Below, one piece after another: positions 28,419 through 36,382 of a DNA stretch of 64,000 nt. Numbering within the stretch: the stretch's first letter is position 1; every line of letters begins with the position of its first letter. This stretch comes from Pirellulales bacterium (GTDB lineage Bacteria > Planctomycetota > Planctomycetia > Pirellulales > UBA1268): positions 2,317-66,316 of the forward strand of contig JBIIDT010000004.1 of NCBI GenBank assembly GCA_044238145.1. The letters are read 5' to 3'. Under the pieces are notes generated by a model, which saw only the letters and a list, made by a program, of their open reading frames with translations, was not told the origin of the DNA and did no database searches. Position numbers and translations under genes: made by a program.

Positions 28419-30385
28419 CGACCGCCGATCCCATCCCCGCCGGTCGCACCGCTCCGCTCGGCGCGGTGGCGCCGGCCGAGTCGCGCGGCGGGTGGGCGGT
28501 GGCCGGAATCGTCGCCTGGCTCGGACTCCTGCTCGTCGGGCTCAACCTCGTCCACGATCCCAGCGTGCACGACAAGACGCTGCTGCCCCGGCTGCACGCG
28601 CTGGTGATCGTGATGCTGGCCGCCATCCCGACGCTGGCCCTGCCGCGGGTCGCGGCGCGGATCGACCTCGGCGTGCTCCGGGAGCCGGTGATCCTCTGCG
28701 CCGTCGGGTACGCCGCCTGCACGGCCGCGTCGTTGCTCGTCGCCGTGAACGCGACCGCCGGGCTGGTGGACGTCGTCCGCACCGGGGCGGCGACCCTGCT
28801 GCTCGTCGTGGCCTGCCTCCTGCTGCCGCTCGTGCCGCGATGGCGCGAACGGCTCCTCAGCTGGCTGGTGGTCGCGGCGCTGGTGACCGCGAGCCTCGGC
28901 TGGTACGAGCTGCTCGCCACGCACGGCCTCGGCCTCCATCCGCGGCGGGTGATCGAGGACGTCTCCGGTCGCATGGGCAACGTCAACCTCCTGTCGGGTT
29001 ACCTGGTGCTCCTCCTGCCCGGCTGCCTGGCGGCGGCCTGCCTGCTGCGGGGCCCGTGGCGGATGCTCGGTCTGCTCGCCGCCCTCGGCTCGGGCGGGCT
29101 CGTCGTGCTGCTCCAGTCGCGGTCCGCCTGGGTCGGCCTCGCCGCGGGAGCGGTGTTCGCGGCGGCGGCGGCCTGGCTGGGCCGGCGGCGGCTCGGGATC
29201 GGCACAGCCGCCGGCCGCTTGTTGGCGGCCGGCGGGCTGGCCGTGGTCTGCGGCGTGGGCGGCTGGGCATGGCTGGCCGGGCCGGACGATCCGCTCGCGG
29301 CCCGGCTGCGGAGCCTCGTGTCGGCCCGTTACCCGGATGGGCGGGTGAGCGACGGCGGGCGGACGATGATCTGGCGGCTGACCGGCCGGCTGATCGCCGA
29401 CCATCCGTGGGCCGGTGTCGGCGCGGGCAACTTCCCCATCCGTCTCCCGGAGTACTACGCCGCGCCGGAGGCCGCCATGGCCGAGGTCCACACCGACACC
29501 TGGTCGCGGCCCCACAACGATTTCCTGCAGGTGGCCGCGGAGAAGGGCCTACCCGGCCTGCTCGCCTTCGTCGGGGTCTTCGTGGCGGCGTTCGTCTCCG
29601 CCGCCGCGACCGTGCGGCGGGCCGCGGCCGACGCAGCGCGGCTGGTGGTGTTTCTCGGATCGGCGGTCGCCTCGTACCTGGCCTTTTCCTGTTTCGACTT
29701 TCCGCTCGAGCGGGTCAGCCACCAGGCGACACTCGCCGTCCTGCTCGCCGCCATCACCGTGCTCCGGCGGCAGGAGGCGCCCGCTCCCGGCTCGGTGGCC
29801 GCACGGTCACCCCGCGGCGGTGCGTGGCCCGCGGCCGTCGGCATCACCGCGCTCGGCCTCCTCGCCGCAGCCGCCTGGACGAGCGTCGCGATCGAGCAGG
29901 AACGCTCAGCCGTCCGGGCCCGCGCCGCGCTCGAGGCGGGCCGGATCGACGACACGATCCGGTTCGCCCGCCGCGCGACGACGCCCTGGCGGACGCTCGA
30001 CGCCCGCGGCGTGCCCGTGGCCTTCTACGAGGGCCTGGCGGAGATGCGGCGGGGAGACGCCGCCGCGGCCACGGCCTGCCTGGAGCGGGCCCGGCGCGAC
30101 AACCCGACCCGCCTCGCCGTGCTCAACAACCTCGGCATCCTCTACGCGACGGCAGGTCGCACGGACGAGGCGATCGAATGCTTCGCCGGTGCCGTCCACC
30201 TGTATCCGCACCGCCCGGAGGGCATCGCCAATCTGGCCGGCTGCTACCTCGACGCCGGCCGGCCCGGCGACGCGGTGGCCCTCTTAGAGCGGGTGCCCGA
30301 GCCGCAGCGGACGCCGGCGATGCGGGAGCATCTCGACCGCGGCCGGGCCATGCTCGACGCCGCCGGCGATCCGCCGGCGGACTGA
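28415..30385 (+). CDS. O-antigen ligase/Wzy_C-domain membrane protein with C-terminal TPR repeats
   Basis: GTG start overlapping the lnt stop (GTGA). More than 10 hydrophobic segments. Wzy_C hallmark WSRPHNDFLQVAAEKGLPGLLAF. C-terminal TPR-like repeats (AVLNNLGILYATAGRTDEAIECFAGAVHLYPHRPEGIANLAGCYLDAGRPGDAVALLE). Confidence 0.8.
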   Translation: MTTADPIPAGRTAPLGAVAPAESRGGWAVAGIVAWLGLLLVGLNLVHDPSVHDKTLLPRLHALVIVMLAAIPTLALPRVAARIDLGVLREPVILCAVGYAACTAASLLVAVNATAGLVDVVRTGAATLLLVVACLLLPLVPRWRERLLSWLVVAALVTASLGWYELLATHGLGLHPRRVIEDVSGRMGNVNLLSGYLVLLLPGCLAAACLLRGPWRMLGLLAALGSGGLVVLLQSRSAWVGLAAGAVFAAAAAWLGRRRLGIGTAAGRLLAAGGLAVVCGVGGWAWLAGPDDPLAARLRSLVSARYPDGRVSDGGRTMIWRLTGRLIADHPWAGVGAGNFPIRLPEYYAAPEAAMAEVHTDTWSRPHNDFLQVAAEKGLPGLLAFVGVFVAAFVSAAATVRRAAADAARLVVFLGSAVASYLAFSCFDFPLERVSHQATLAVLLAAITVLRRQEAPAPGSVAARSPRGGAWPAAVGITALGLLAAAAWTSVAIEQERSAVRARAALEAGRIDDTIRFARRATTPWRTLDARGVPVAFYEGLAEMRRGDAAAATACLERARRDNPTRLAVLNNLGILYATAGRTDEAIECFAGAVHLYPHRPEGIANLAGCYLDAGRPGDAVALLERVPEPQRTPAMREHLDRGRAMLDAAGDPPAD

Positions 30386-30393
30386 CGCCCGCG

Positions 30394-31638
30394 CTACCAG
30401 CGGGCCTCGAGGCCCAGGCTCGCGCCGTGGAGGTACAGCCCGGCGCCGCCGTTCAAGCCGCTGCCGCTGGTGCTCTGGGCGCCGAAGTCGAACTGGTTCG
30501 GCGCCAGGGCCACGCCCGAGAGCCAGATCAGGTTGTAGCCGGCCCGCAGGCCCCAGGTCTCGGTGAGCCGGTAGACGAGGGTCGCGTTCAGGTCGCCGAT
30601 GAAGCCCACGCCCCCCTCGAACGCCGACTGCGCCGGACGGATCGGTGGGTCGGGCACGACCGGATCGACGATCGGATCCTGCGACTGCGACAGCGCGGAG
30701 CCGCACAGGGCGACCTTCGCCCAGCCCTCGAAGGCCCATCGCTCCCACTCCATCCGGCCGCGGCCGCCGAGCTGGGCCCCGAAGAGGTTCGTCGAACTGC
30801 GCAGGGAGTACAGGCCCGGGTCCGGGCTCGCGCCGCCGGTGAGCGTCAGGTCGGCCGCTTCGTCGAGGCCCGCCCAGCGGACGCCGGCGAGCCAGTCGAA
30901 CGTGCCCCGGCAGTACCCGGCGCACCGCCGCCAGGGCTCGGCGGCCCCGCGGCAGAACCCGCCGTCGTCGGCGCGGGAGAAGACGTTGATCTCGGCGGAG
31001 TTGAGGGTCGAGGCGTAGGTCGCCCGGGCGAGGCTGCGGTCGTTGAACTCCGGCACGAGCAGGGCCAGCGGATCGGGAGCCTGGAGGTTGTCGGTCCCGC
31101 CTGCCGTCCGCGAGGCGAACATGCCCCACACACCGAGGTAGCCCACCTCCCAGCCCGCGTCGGAGTCGTTGACCGCGCCGAAGAACAGTCGCAGGCCCGG
31201 CTGGGTCGCGAACTGCAGTTGGCCGGTCGTGATCACCGCCTGGCCCGCGCTCGCGGCGAGCAACTGGTCGGTCGACTGGTTGTCGCGCTGCAGGAAAAGC
31301 ACATCCGCGATCGCGTAGGCCTGCGGCCGGCCGGCGCCGGCCGCCGCGCAGCCGACCGACGGGGCGAACGGCGGCGTCTCACCCACCGATGCGTGGTCGG
31401 GCGGGCCATACGGCTCGACCAGGAACGGCTCCTCCACCACGACCGGCGGCTCGGTCACCGTCGCCTCCGGCGGCGGTTCGCCGAGCGGCGCCCCGGGCAC
31501 GACGGCATTCTCGAGCGGCTCGTCGACCGCCAGGCTCCGGTCGGCCGGCGGCAGGGGCGCGGCGTCCTCGCCCCGGGTCGCCCCGCAGGCCACCGCCAGC
31601 AGCATTCCGATCACGAAGCCCCGCCCGAGTCGCACCAT
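30394..31638 (-). CDS. Outer-membrane beta-barrel protein (BBP7-like, Planctomycetota type)
   Basis: The start MVRLGRGFVIGMLLAVACG (ATG complement at 31638) gives a signal peptide. Pro-rich linker. Alternating-pattern strands. Motifs DVLFLQRDN, WEVGYLGVWG, NLFGAQLGGRG, GYNLIWLSGVALAPNQ, and the C-terminal LGLEARW aromatic terminus. Confidence 0.6.
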   Translation of the reverse strand: MVRLGRGFVIGMLLAVACGATRGEDAAPLPPADRSLAVDEPLENAVVPGAPLGEPPPEATVTEPPVVVEEPFLVEPYGPPDHASVGETPPFAPSVGCAAAGAGRPQAYAIADVLFLQRDNQSTDQLLAASAGQAVITTGQLQFATQPGLRLFFGAVNDSDAGWEVGYLGVWGMFASRTAGGTDNLQAPDPLALLVPEFNDRSLARATYASTLNSAEINVFSRADDGGFCRGAAEPWRRCAGYCRGTFDWLAGVRWAGLDEAADLTLTGGASPDPGLYSLRSSTNLFGAQLGGRGRMEWERWAFEGWAKVALCGSALSQSQDPIVDPVVPDPPIRPAQSAFEGGVGFIGDLNATLVYRLTETWGLRAGYNLIWLSGVALAPNQFDFGAQSTSGSGLNGGAGLYLHGASLGLEARW

Positions 31639-31774
31639 GCGTACCTCCCCGGAGCCGTCGGCCTCGAGCCGACGGTCCACCGGATCATTCGGCACATCCG
31701 GCAGGGAGGATGAGAATCGTTGCGACCCGCACGGGCGGCCCGGCAGGCGGGGCAGGCAGGGCAGGATGGGGGAC

Positions 31775-33445
31775 TCACTCCCGCCGGGCGGAGTCGGCGT
31801 CGATCATCGCCCGCAGCTCGGCGAGGTGGCCGGCTTCGGCCGGATCCTTGTCTTTCCGCCAGCGGACGATCCGCGGAAAGCGGACGGCCACGCCCGACTT
31901 GTGCCGCGTGGAGAGGGACACGCCCTCGAACGCCAGCTGGAAGACGAGCGTCGGTCGGCAGATCCGCACGGGACCGTGCTTCTCGAGGGTGGTCGCCCGG
32001 ACGATCCGGTCCACCTCCACGATCTCTGCATCGGACAGGCCGGAGTAAGCCTTGGCGATCGTGACCAGGTTCCCGTCGTGCCACACCCCGAGGGTGTAGT
32101 CGCTGTGCAGCCCCGCCCTGCGGCCGTGGCCAGCCTGGGCGTAGAGCAGCACGGCGTCGATCTCCAGGGGCTCGATCTTCCACTTCCACCAGTCTCCACG
32201 GGTCCGGCCGACGCCGTAACCGCTCGCCAGCCGCTTGAGCATCAGGCCCTCGACGCCCCGGCTGCGGGAGGCGGCCCGGTGGGCGGCGAGCGCCTGCCAG
32301 GAGTCTCCGCTGACGACCGGCGAGAGAAAGACGTGGTCGCCGGCGGCCGGCACCGCCGTCCCCGCGAGCAGTTCGTCGAAGCCGTGGGGCGCGAGCCGCT
32401 CGAGCGCGGCCCGCCGGTCCGCCAGCGGCCGCTCGCGGAGGTCCACGCCTTCCGTCTCGAGCAGGTCGTAGGCGACGAACGCGCAGGGAATCTCGGCGAG
32501 GATCGCCTTCGTGACCCGCCGCCGGCCGCTCCGTTTCGAGAGGGCGGCGAAGCCGAGCAGGCGGCGGTCGCGGATGGCGAGCAGTTCGCCGTCGAGCACG
32601 GTGCCTTCCGGCAGCAGCGCCCCCGCCCGCACGACCTCGGGGAAGGCGTCGTTGACCGGCTCTCCGCCACGGCTCCAGACCGTGACGTCGCCGCCGCGGC
32701 GGACCAGTTGGGCCCGCATGCCGTCCCACTTCCACTCGGCCAGCCAGTCACGGACCGGGCCCAGGTCGGTCGCGACGTCGTCCGCCGCGGTGCGATCGAG
32801 GGCCGATGCCAGGAAAAACGGATAGGGCCGCCGGTCATCCAGGGGGCCGGACGCCGCGGTCAGCAGCTGCGCGAAGGCGACGCCATCGGCCACGGGATCC
32901 CCCATCAGCCGGTGGGCCATGACCGCCGGTTCGACGCCCGCGACGTCGGCCAGCGCCCGGGCCACGAGCGTGCGGGACACGCCCACGCGACAGCCCCCTG
33001 TGATCAGCTTGTGCCAGACGATCCGCTCCCGCGGGGCCAGCCGCCCCCAGACGTCGAGCACGACCTCCTTCTTCCGGGCCTCGTCGGCCGACCGCAGGTC
33101 ATGCACCGTCGTCCGCATGATCTCGGCGAGGCCGATCTCCGCGGTCCCCGCAGGCTCGCCCTGCGGGCCGTCGGGGAGGAGCAGGGCCAGCGTCTCGGCG
33201 AGGTCGCCGACGTGCGCGTAACACTCCTCCACGAGCCAGGGATCGAGCTCCGTGGCCTCGGCCACCCAGGCCCGCAGCTGCCCGGTCGACACAGCCCGCA
33301 GTTGCCGCCCGCCGCAGAGCACGCCCAGGGCGCAGGCCGCGTCGTCCGGGGGGGCCGACGCGAAGTACTCCCGCAGGGCCTCGACCTTGTCGTTCGTGCG
33401 GGAAGTGGCGTCGAGCCGCCAGTAGAGTTCGGTGAAGCGTTTCAT
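31775..33445 (-). CDS. ATP-dependent DNA ligase (ligase-associated DNA damage response type)
   Basis: The start [24 protein letters not shown] (ATG complement at 33445) is in frame with track ORF 31775..34345. Adenylation motif [11 protein letters not shown]. Motifs: [39 protein letters not shown]. Confidence 0.9.
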   Translation of the reverse strand: MKRFTELYWRLDATSRTNDKVEALREYFASAPPDDAACALGVLCGGRQLRAVSTGQLRAWVAEATELDPWLVEECYAHVGDLAETLALLLPDGPQGEPAGTAEIGLAEIMRTTVHDLRSADEARKKEVVLDVWGRLAPRERIVWHKLITGGCRVGVSRTLVARALADVAGVEPAVMAHRLMGDPVADGVAFAQLLTAASGPLDDRRPYPFFLASALDRTAADDVATDLGPVRDWLAEWKWDGMRAQLVRRGGDVTVWSRGGEPVNDAFPEVVRAGALLPEGTVLDGELLAIRDRRLLGFAALSKRSGRRRVTKAILAEIPCAFVAYDLLETEGVDLRERPLADRRAALERLAPHGFDELLAGTAVPAAGDHVFLSPVVSGDSWQALAAHRAASRSRGVEGLMLKRLASGYGVGRTRGDWWKWKIEPLEIDAVLLYAQAGHGRRAGLHSDYTLGVWHDGNLVTIAKAYSGLSDAEIVEVDRIVRATTLEKHGPVRICRPTLVFQLAFEGVSLSTRHKSGVAVRFPRIVRWRKDKDPAEAGHLAELRAMIDADSARRE

Positions 33446-33553
33446 CGGCGCGGACCGGTTCCAGGTTCCGCCGCCCCCATCATGCCATACGCCTGGCGGA
33501 TGGTGTACACTCATGTGCGGTTCGACCCGCCTCGTCCGTGGCCGGGAGTCGAC

Positions 33554-34627
33554 ATGCCCGCCATCCAGCCGCCCCCCGTCCCGCCCGCGGCGCCTTCCGC
33601 GCCGGTGGATTGGTTCACCGCGGTGGACGAGTTCGTGTTCACGATCTACCGGACGGGCTTCGTGCAGAGTTTGATCCTGCACGTGGTGGTGCTCCTGCTG
33701 CTGGCGGTGATCATCATCCGCCCCGACCTGCCGCGGCAGGCCGTCGTCGCCCTCGAGTTCACGGCGGCGGGCTCCGAGCCGGAGCCGGACGTGGCCACGC
33801 TCGACATGCCGGCGCCGGAGGAACTCGCGGTGCCCGAGGATGCCGAACCGCTGCCGCTCGCCGACCTGCCCGAGGCGGAGCCGGACCTCGCGATCGACGT
33901 GGTCGAGCCGGCGGACTTCGCGATGGACGCGGAGGTCGCCGAGCCCGACGCCGCGGCGCTGCTCGCCGACGTGGCGGTGCCGGTCGCGGCCCGCGGGCCA
34001 CGGCCGGCGGCCGCCCCGGCTGCGGGGGGTGGAGGCGGGGGTGGCGGGGCCGCGATCGGCGGCGAGATCGGCCGCCGGCTCGCGGTCGCCGGGGCCGGCA
34101 CCGGCGACGTGCAGATCTCGATCGCCTGGAACAACGTGAACGACATCGACCTGCACGTGATGGTGGAGCCGGCCGGGCAGGCGTTCGCCCCCTCGATCAT
34201 CAACTTCACCAACCGCATCGGCATCGCCGGCGGCTGCCTCGACGTCGATCGCAACGTGCACCCCACCACCGTGACGCCGGTGGAGAACGTCTTCTGGGGG
34301 CGTGGCGCGGCACCGTTCGGCCGCTACACGGTGGCCGTGCACCACTACCGCGACTGGGGCGGCGGCAACCCGACGGACGTGGAGGTGGTGGTGCTCGTCG
34401 ACGGCGAGGTGGAGCGGTTCAAGGTGCGGCTGCAGCCCGGCGATCCGTTCAAGGTGGTGACGGCCTTCCTGCGGCTGCCACCGAACGGGGGCTACACGGC
34501 CGCGCCCGCCGCCTCGCTGCCGGTCGTCCGGCGGCCGCTGCCCACCTGGCAGCCGGCTCCGGTGCGGCGGGGGGGCGGGGGCGGGGGGCCCGCGCTGCCC
34601 ATGATTCCGCTCAAGCCGACCCGCTGA
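33554..34627 (+). CDS. Membrane-anchored hypothetical protein with acidic linker, poly-Gly tracts and a DUF2135 (YfaP)-like C-terminal domain
   Basis: In-frame ATG at 33554 within track ORF 31637..34627; an alternative ATG is at 33482. TM segment [22 protein letters not shown]. Asp/Glu/Pro-rich linker. [21 protein letters not shown]...GGCLDVDRN...PVENVFW...[10 protein letters not shown] resembles the DUF2135 pattern (L.W....DIDLHV.EP......G.L..D...GYGPE......G.Y.V.V.YY). Confidence 0.55.
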   Translation: MPAIQPPPVPPAAPSAPVDWFTAVDEFVFTIYRTGFVQSLILHVVVLLLLAVIIIRPDLPRQAVVALEFTAAGSEPEPDVATLDMPAPEELAVPEDAEPLPLADLPEAEPDLAIDVVEPADFAMDAEVAEPDAAALLADVAVPVAARGPRPAAAPAAGGGGGGGGAAIGGEIGRRLAVAGAGTGDVQISIAWNNVNDIDLHVMVEPAGQAFAPSIINFTNRIGIAGGCLDVDRNVHPTTVTPVENVFWGRGAAPFGRYTVAVHHYRDWGGGNPTDVEVVVLVDGEVERFKVRLQPGDPFKVVTAFLRLPPNGGYTAAPAASLPVVRRPLPTWQPAPVRRGGGGGGPALPMIPLKPTR

Positions 34628-34636
34628 GCGGCCTGC

Positions 34637-35689
34637 TCACGGCTCCGCGGCCGGGTCGTCTTCGGTCGCCGTCTCGCCGTCGTCTATGTCGACGCCGGGG
34701 GCGGTCTCACCCACGAAGCGTGTCGGCAGGACGGCCGCGTCGAGTCCGCGGTCGCGGAGGTGGCGGGCGAAGGCGTCGGCGAAGCCGTGCGTGACGAGCA
34801 CGCGGCGGGCCCGCGAGGCCTCGACGGCGGCCACGAGGCCGGGGAAGTCGGCGTGGTCCGAGACCACGAAGCCCCGGTCGCCGCCACGGCGGCGGCGGAC
34901 TCCCCGCACCAGCATCCAGCCCGAGGCCACGGCCACGCTCGCCTCGCCGAACAGCCGCAGCCAGCTGCCCCCCTGCACGCTCGGCGGCGCGATCACGAGC
35001 GCCCGCCCCCCACCCACCTTGCGGGCCCGCGGCGGCACCCGGTCGATCGCCGGCAGGCGGACGCCGGCGGCCCGGTAGGCCTCGACGAGTTTCATCACGG
35101 CGCCGTGGGCCACGATCGGCCCGATCGACGAGTCGACCATCGCCGCCAGCCGCTGGGCCTTGCCCAGGGCGTAGGCGAGGATCACGCTGGTGCGGCCGGC
35201 GTCGCGGTTGGCCCGCCACCAGGCGTCGATCTCCGCGGCGACGGTGGCCGGCTCCTGCCAGCGGTAGACCGGCAGCCCGAACGTCGACTCGGTGACGAAC
35301 ACGTCGCACGCGACCGGCTCGAAGGCCGCGCAGGTCGGGTCGGCCTGCAGTTTGTAGTCCCCGGTGACGACCCAGGTCACGCCGCCGTGCTCGATCCGCA
35401 CCTGGGCCGAGCCGAGCACGTGGCCGGCCGGGTGCAGCGACACGTTGACGCCGTTGATGGACAGCGACTCGCCGTACCGCAGCGTGTCGATCGTGGCGTT
35501 GCCGCCGAGCCGCGCGCGGAGCACGGTCTTGCCGGCGGAGGCGCAGAGGTAGCGGTCGGAGCCGCCGCGGGCGTGGTCCGCATGGGCATGGGTGATCACC
35601 GCCCGCGACACGCGGCGCCACGGGTCGACGTGGAAGTCGCCCCGCGGGCAGTAGAGCCCCGACTCGGTTACCTGCAACAGATCCTGCAC
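34637..35689 (-). CDS. Ligase-associated DNA damage response exonuclease (metallo-beta-lactamase/beta-CASP fold)
   Basis: VITHAHADHARGG (HxHxDH) and VVSDHADFPGL. Similar in length and order to MBL exonucleases encoded next to this ligase type. I prefer the GTG start at 35689 (VQDLLQVTESGLYC); the track ATG at 35824 would add 45 low-complexity codons. Confidence 0.85.
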   Translation of the reverse strand: MQDLLQVTESGLYCPRGDFHVDPWRRVSRAVITHAHADHARGGSDRYLCASAGKTVLRARLGGNATIDTLRYGESLSINGVNVSLHPAGHVLGSAQVRIEHGGVTWVVTGDYKLQADPTCAAFEPVACDVFVTESTFGLPVYRWQEPATVAAEIDAWWRANRDAGRTSVILAYALGKAQRLAAMVDSSIGPIVAHGAVMKLVEAYRAAGVRLPAIDRVPPRARKVGGGRALVIAPPSVQGGSWLRLFGEASVAVASGWMLVRGVRRRRGGDRGFVVSDHADFPGLVAAVEASRARRVLVTHGFADAFARHLRDRGLDAAVLPTRFVGETAPGVDIDDGETATEDDPAAEP

Positions 35690-35881
35690 CGCGCCGTCTC
35701 CCTCACCACCAGATTTGCCACGGCCGTCAGGGCGCGAGCGACGCACCCGTACCGCAAGAGGCAGGCGAGCGGGTCGGTGTGAGGATGCGGAGCGTGGCGG
35801 ACCTTCGCCAGCGACGCAACTCATGCCGCCCGCGAGCCGGATTGGGCACGGGGACTTTGCCCCCCGACACGCCCCGGTGAA

Positions 35882-36232
35882 TCAGCGATACGCCTGATTG
35901 CCGACGGCCGGGAAGCGATAGCCTCCGAAACCGAGGGGAGCGTACCGCGGCCAGTCGCCCGGGGCGACCCCGGGGGGCGTGCCGTACATCTTCCAGGTCG
36001 GCGTGCGGGGGTTGGTCGGCGGGACGAAGTACTTCGGCCGCGTGCCGTGGCCGGTGACGTAGGGCGAGGCGCCGGGGGCGTAGGGGGCCTGTCGCTGCGG
36101 AGTGCCGAGCGACGCCGCGGAACGGGGCCCCGAGAACCAGCGGCCGGCGGCCTCGGCGGGCGTGGGCAGCGCCGCGGCGAGCAGGCAGCCGCCGATCAGC
36201 CCCAGGCACCACCGCTGCAGCCGTCGCGTCAT
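35882..36232 (-). CDS. Small secreted Pro/Gly/Tyr-rich hypothetical protein
   Basis: Signal peptide MTRRLQRWCLGLIGGCLLAAALPTPAEA, then a low-complexity P/G/Y/R-rich sequence. 116 aa. No known motif. Confidence 0.45.
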   Translation of the reverse strand: MTRRLQRWCLGLIGGCLLAAALPTPAEAAGRWFSGPRSAASLGTPQRQAPYAPGASPYVTGHGTRPKYFVPPTNPRTPTWKMYGTPPGVAPGDWPRYAPLGFGGYRFPAVGNQAYR

Positions 36233-36382
36233 CGTCCGCTCCCCGGGGCCGCAGCCACCGCGTGATCCGCGGGCCGGACTCCCCGGTGTGCATCGACCGG
36301 CAGGGGCTTCCCGCTTCGCCCCACCCGCACGGACGCACGGGGCGCCGATGGCGCCGGTTGTAGGGTCTGGCGGTGAATGCGG

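Noticed and set aside
34569-34588. G-runs (GGGGGGGCGGGGGCGGGGGG at 34569-34588, also 34024-34049 and a GGCAGG-rich tract at about 31726-31768) as G-quadruplex candidates.
   Set aside because: The first two simply encode poly-Gly tracts of the 33554 gene. In DNA this GC-rich, such runs are common, and I have no evidence of function. Noted only as possible polymerase or sequencing trouble spots.
35690-35824. ATG start at 35824 for the repair exonuclease (395 aa).
   Set aside because: The extra 45 residues (MSCVAGEGPPRSASSHRPARLPLAVRVRRSRPDGRGKSGGEGDGA) are low-complexity, and homology to MBL exonucleases begins near the GTG at 35689. The choice remains uncertain.
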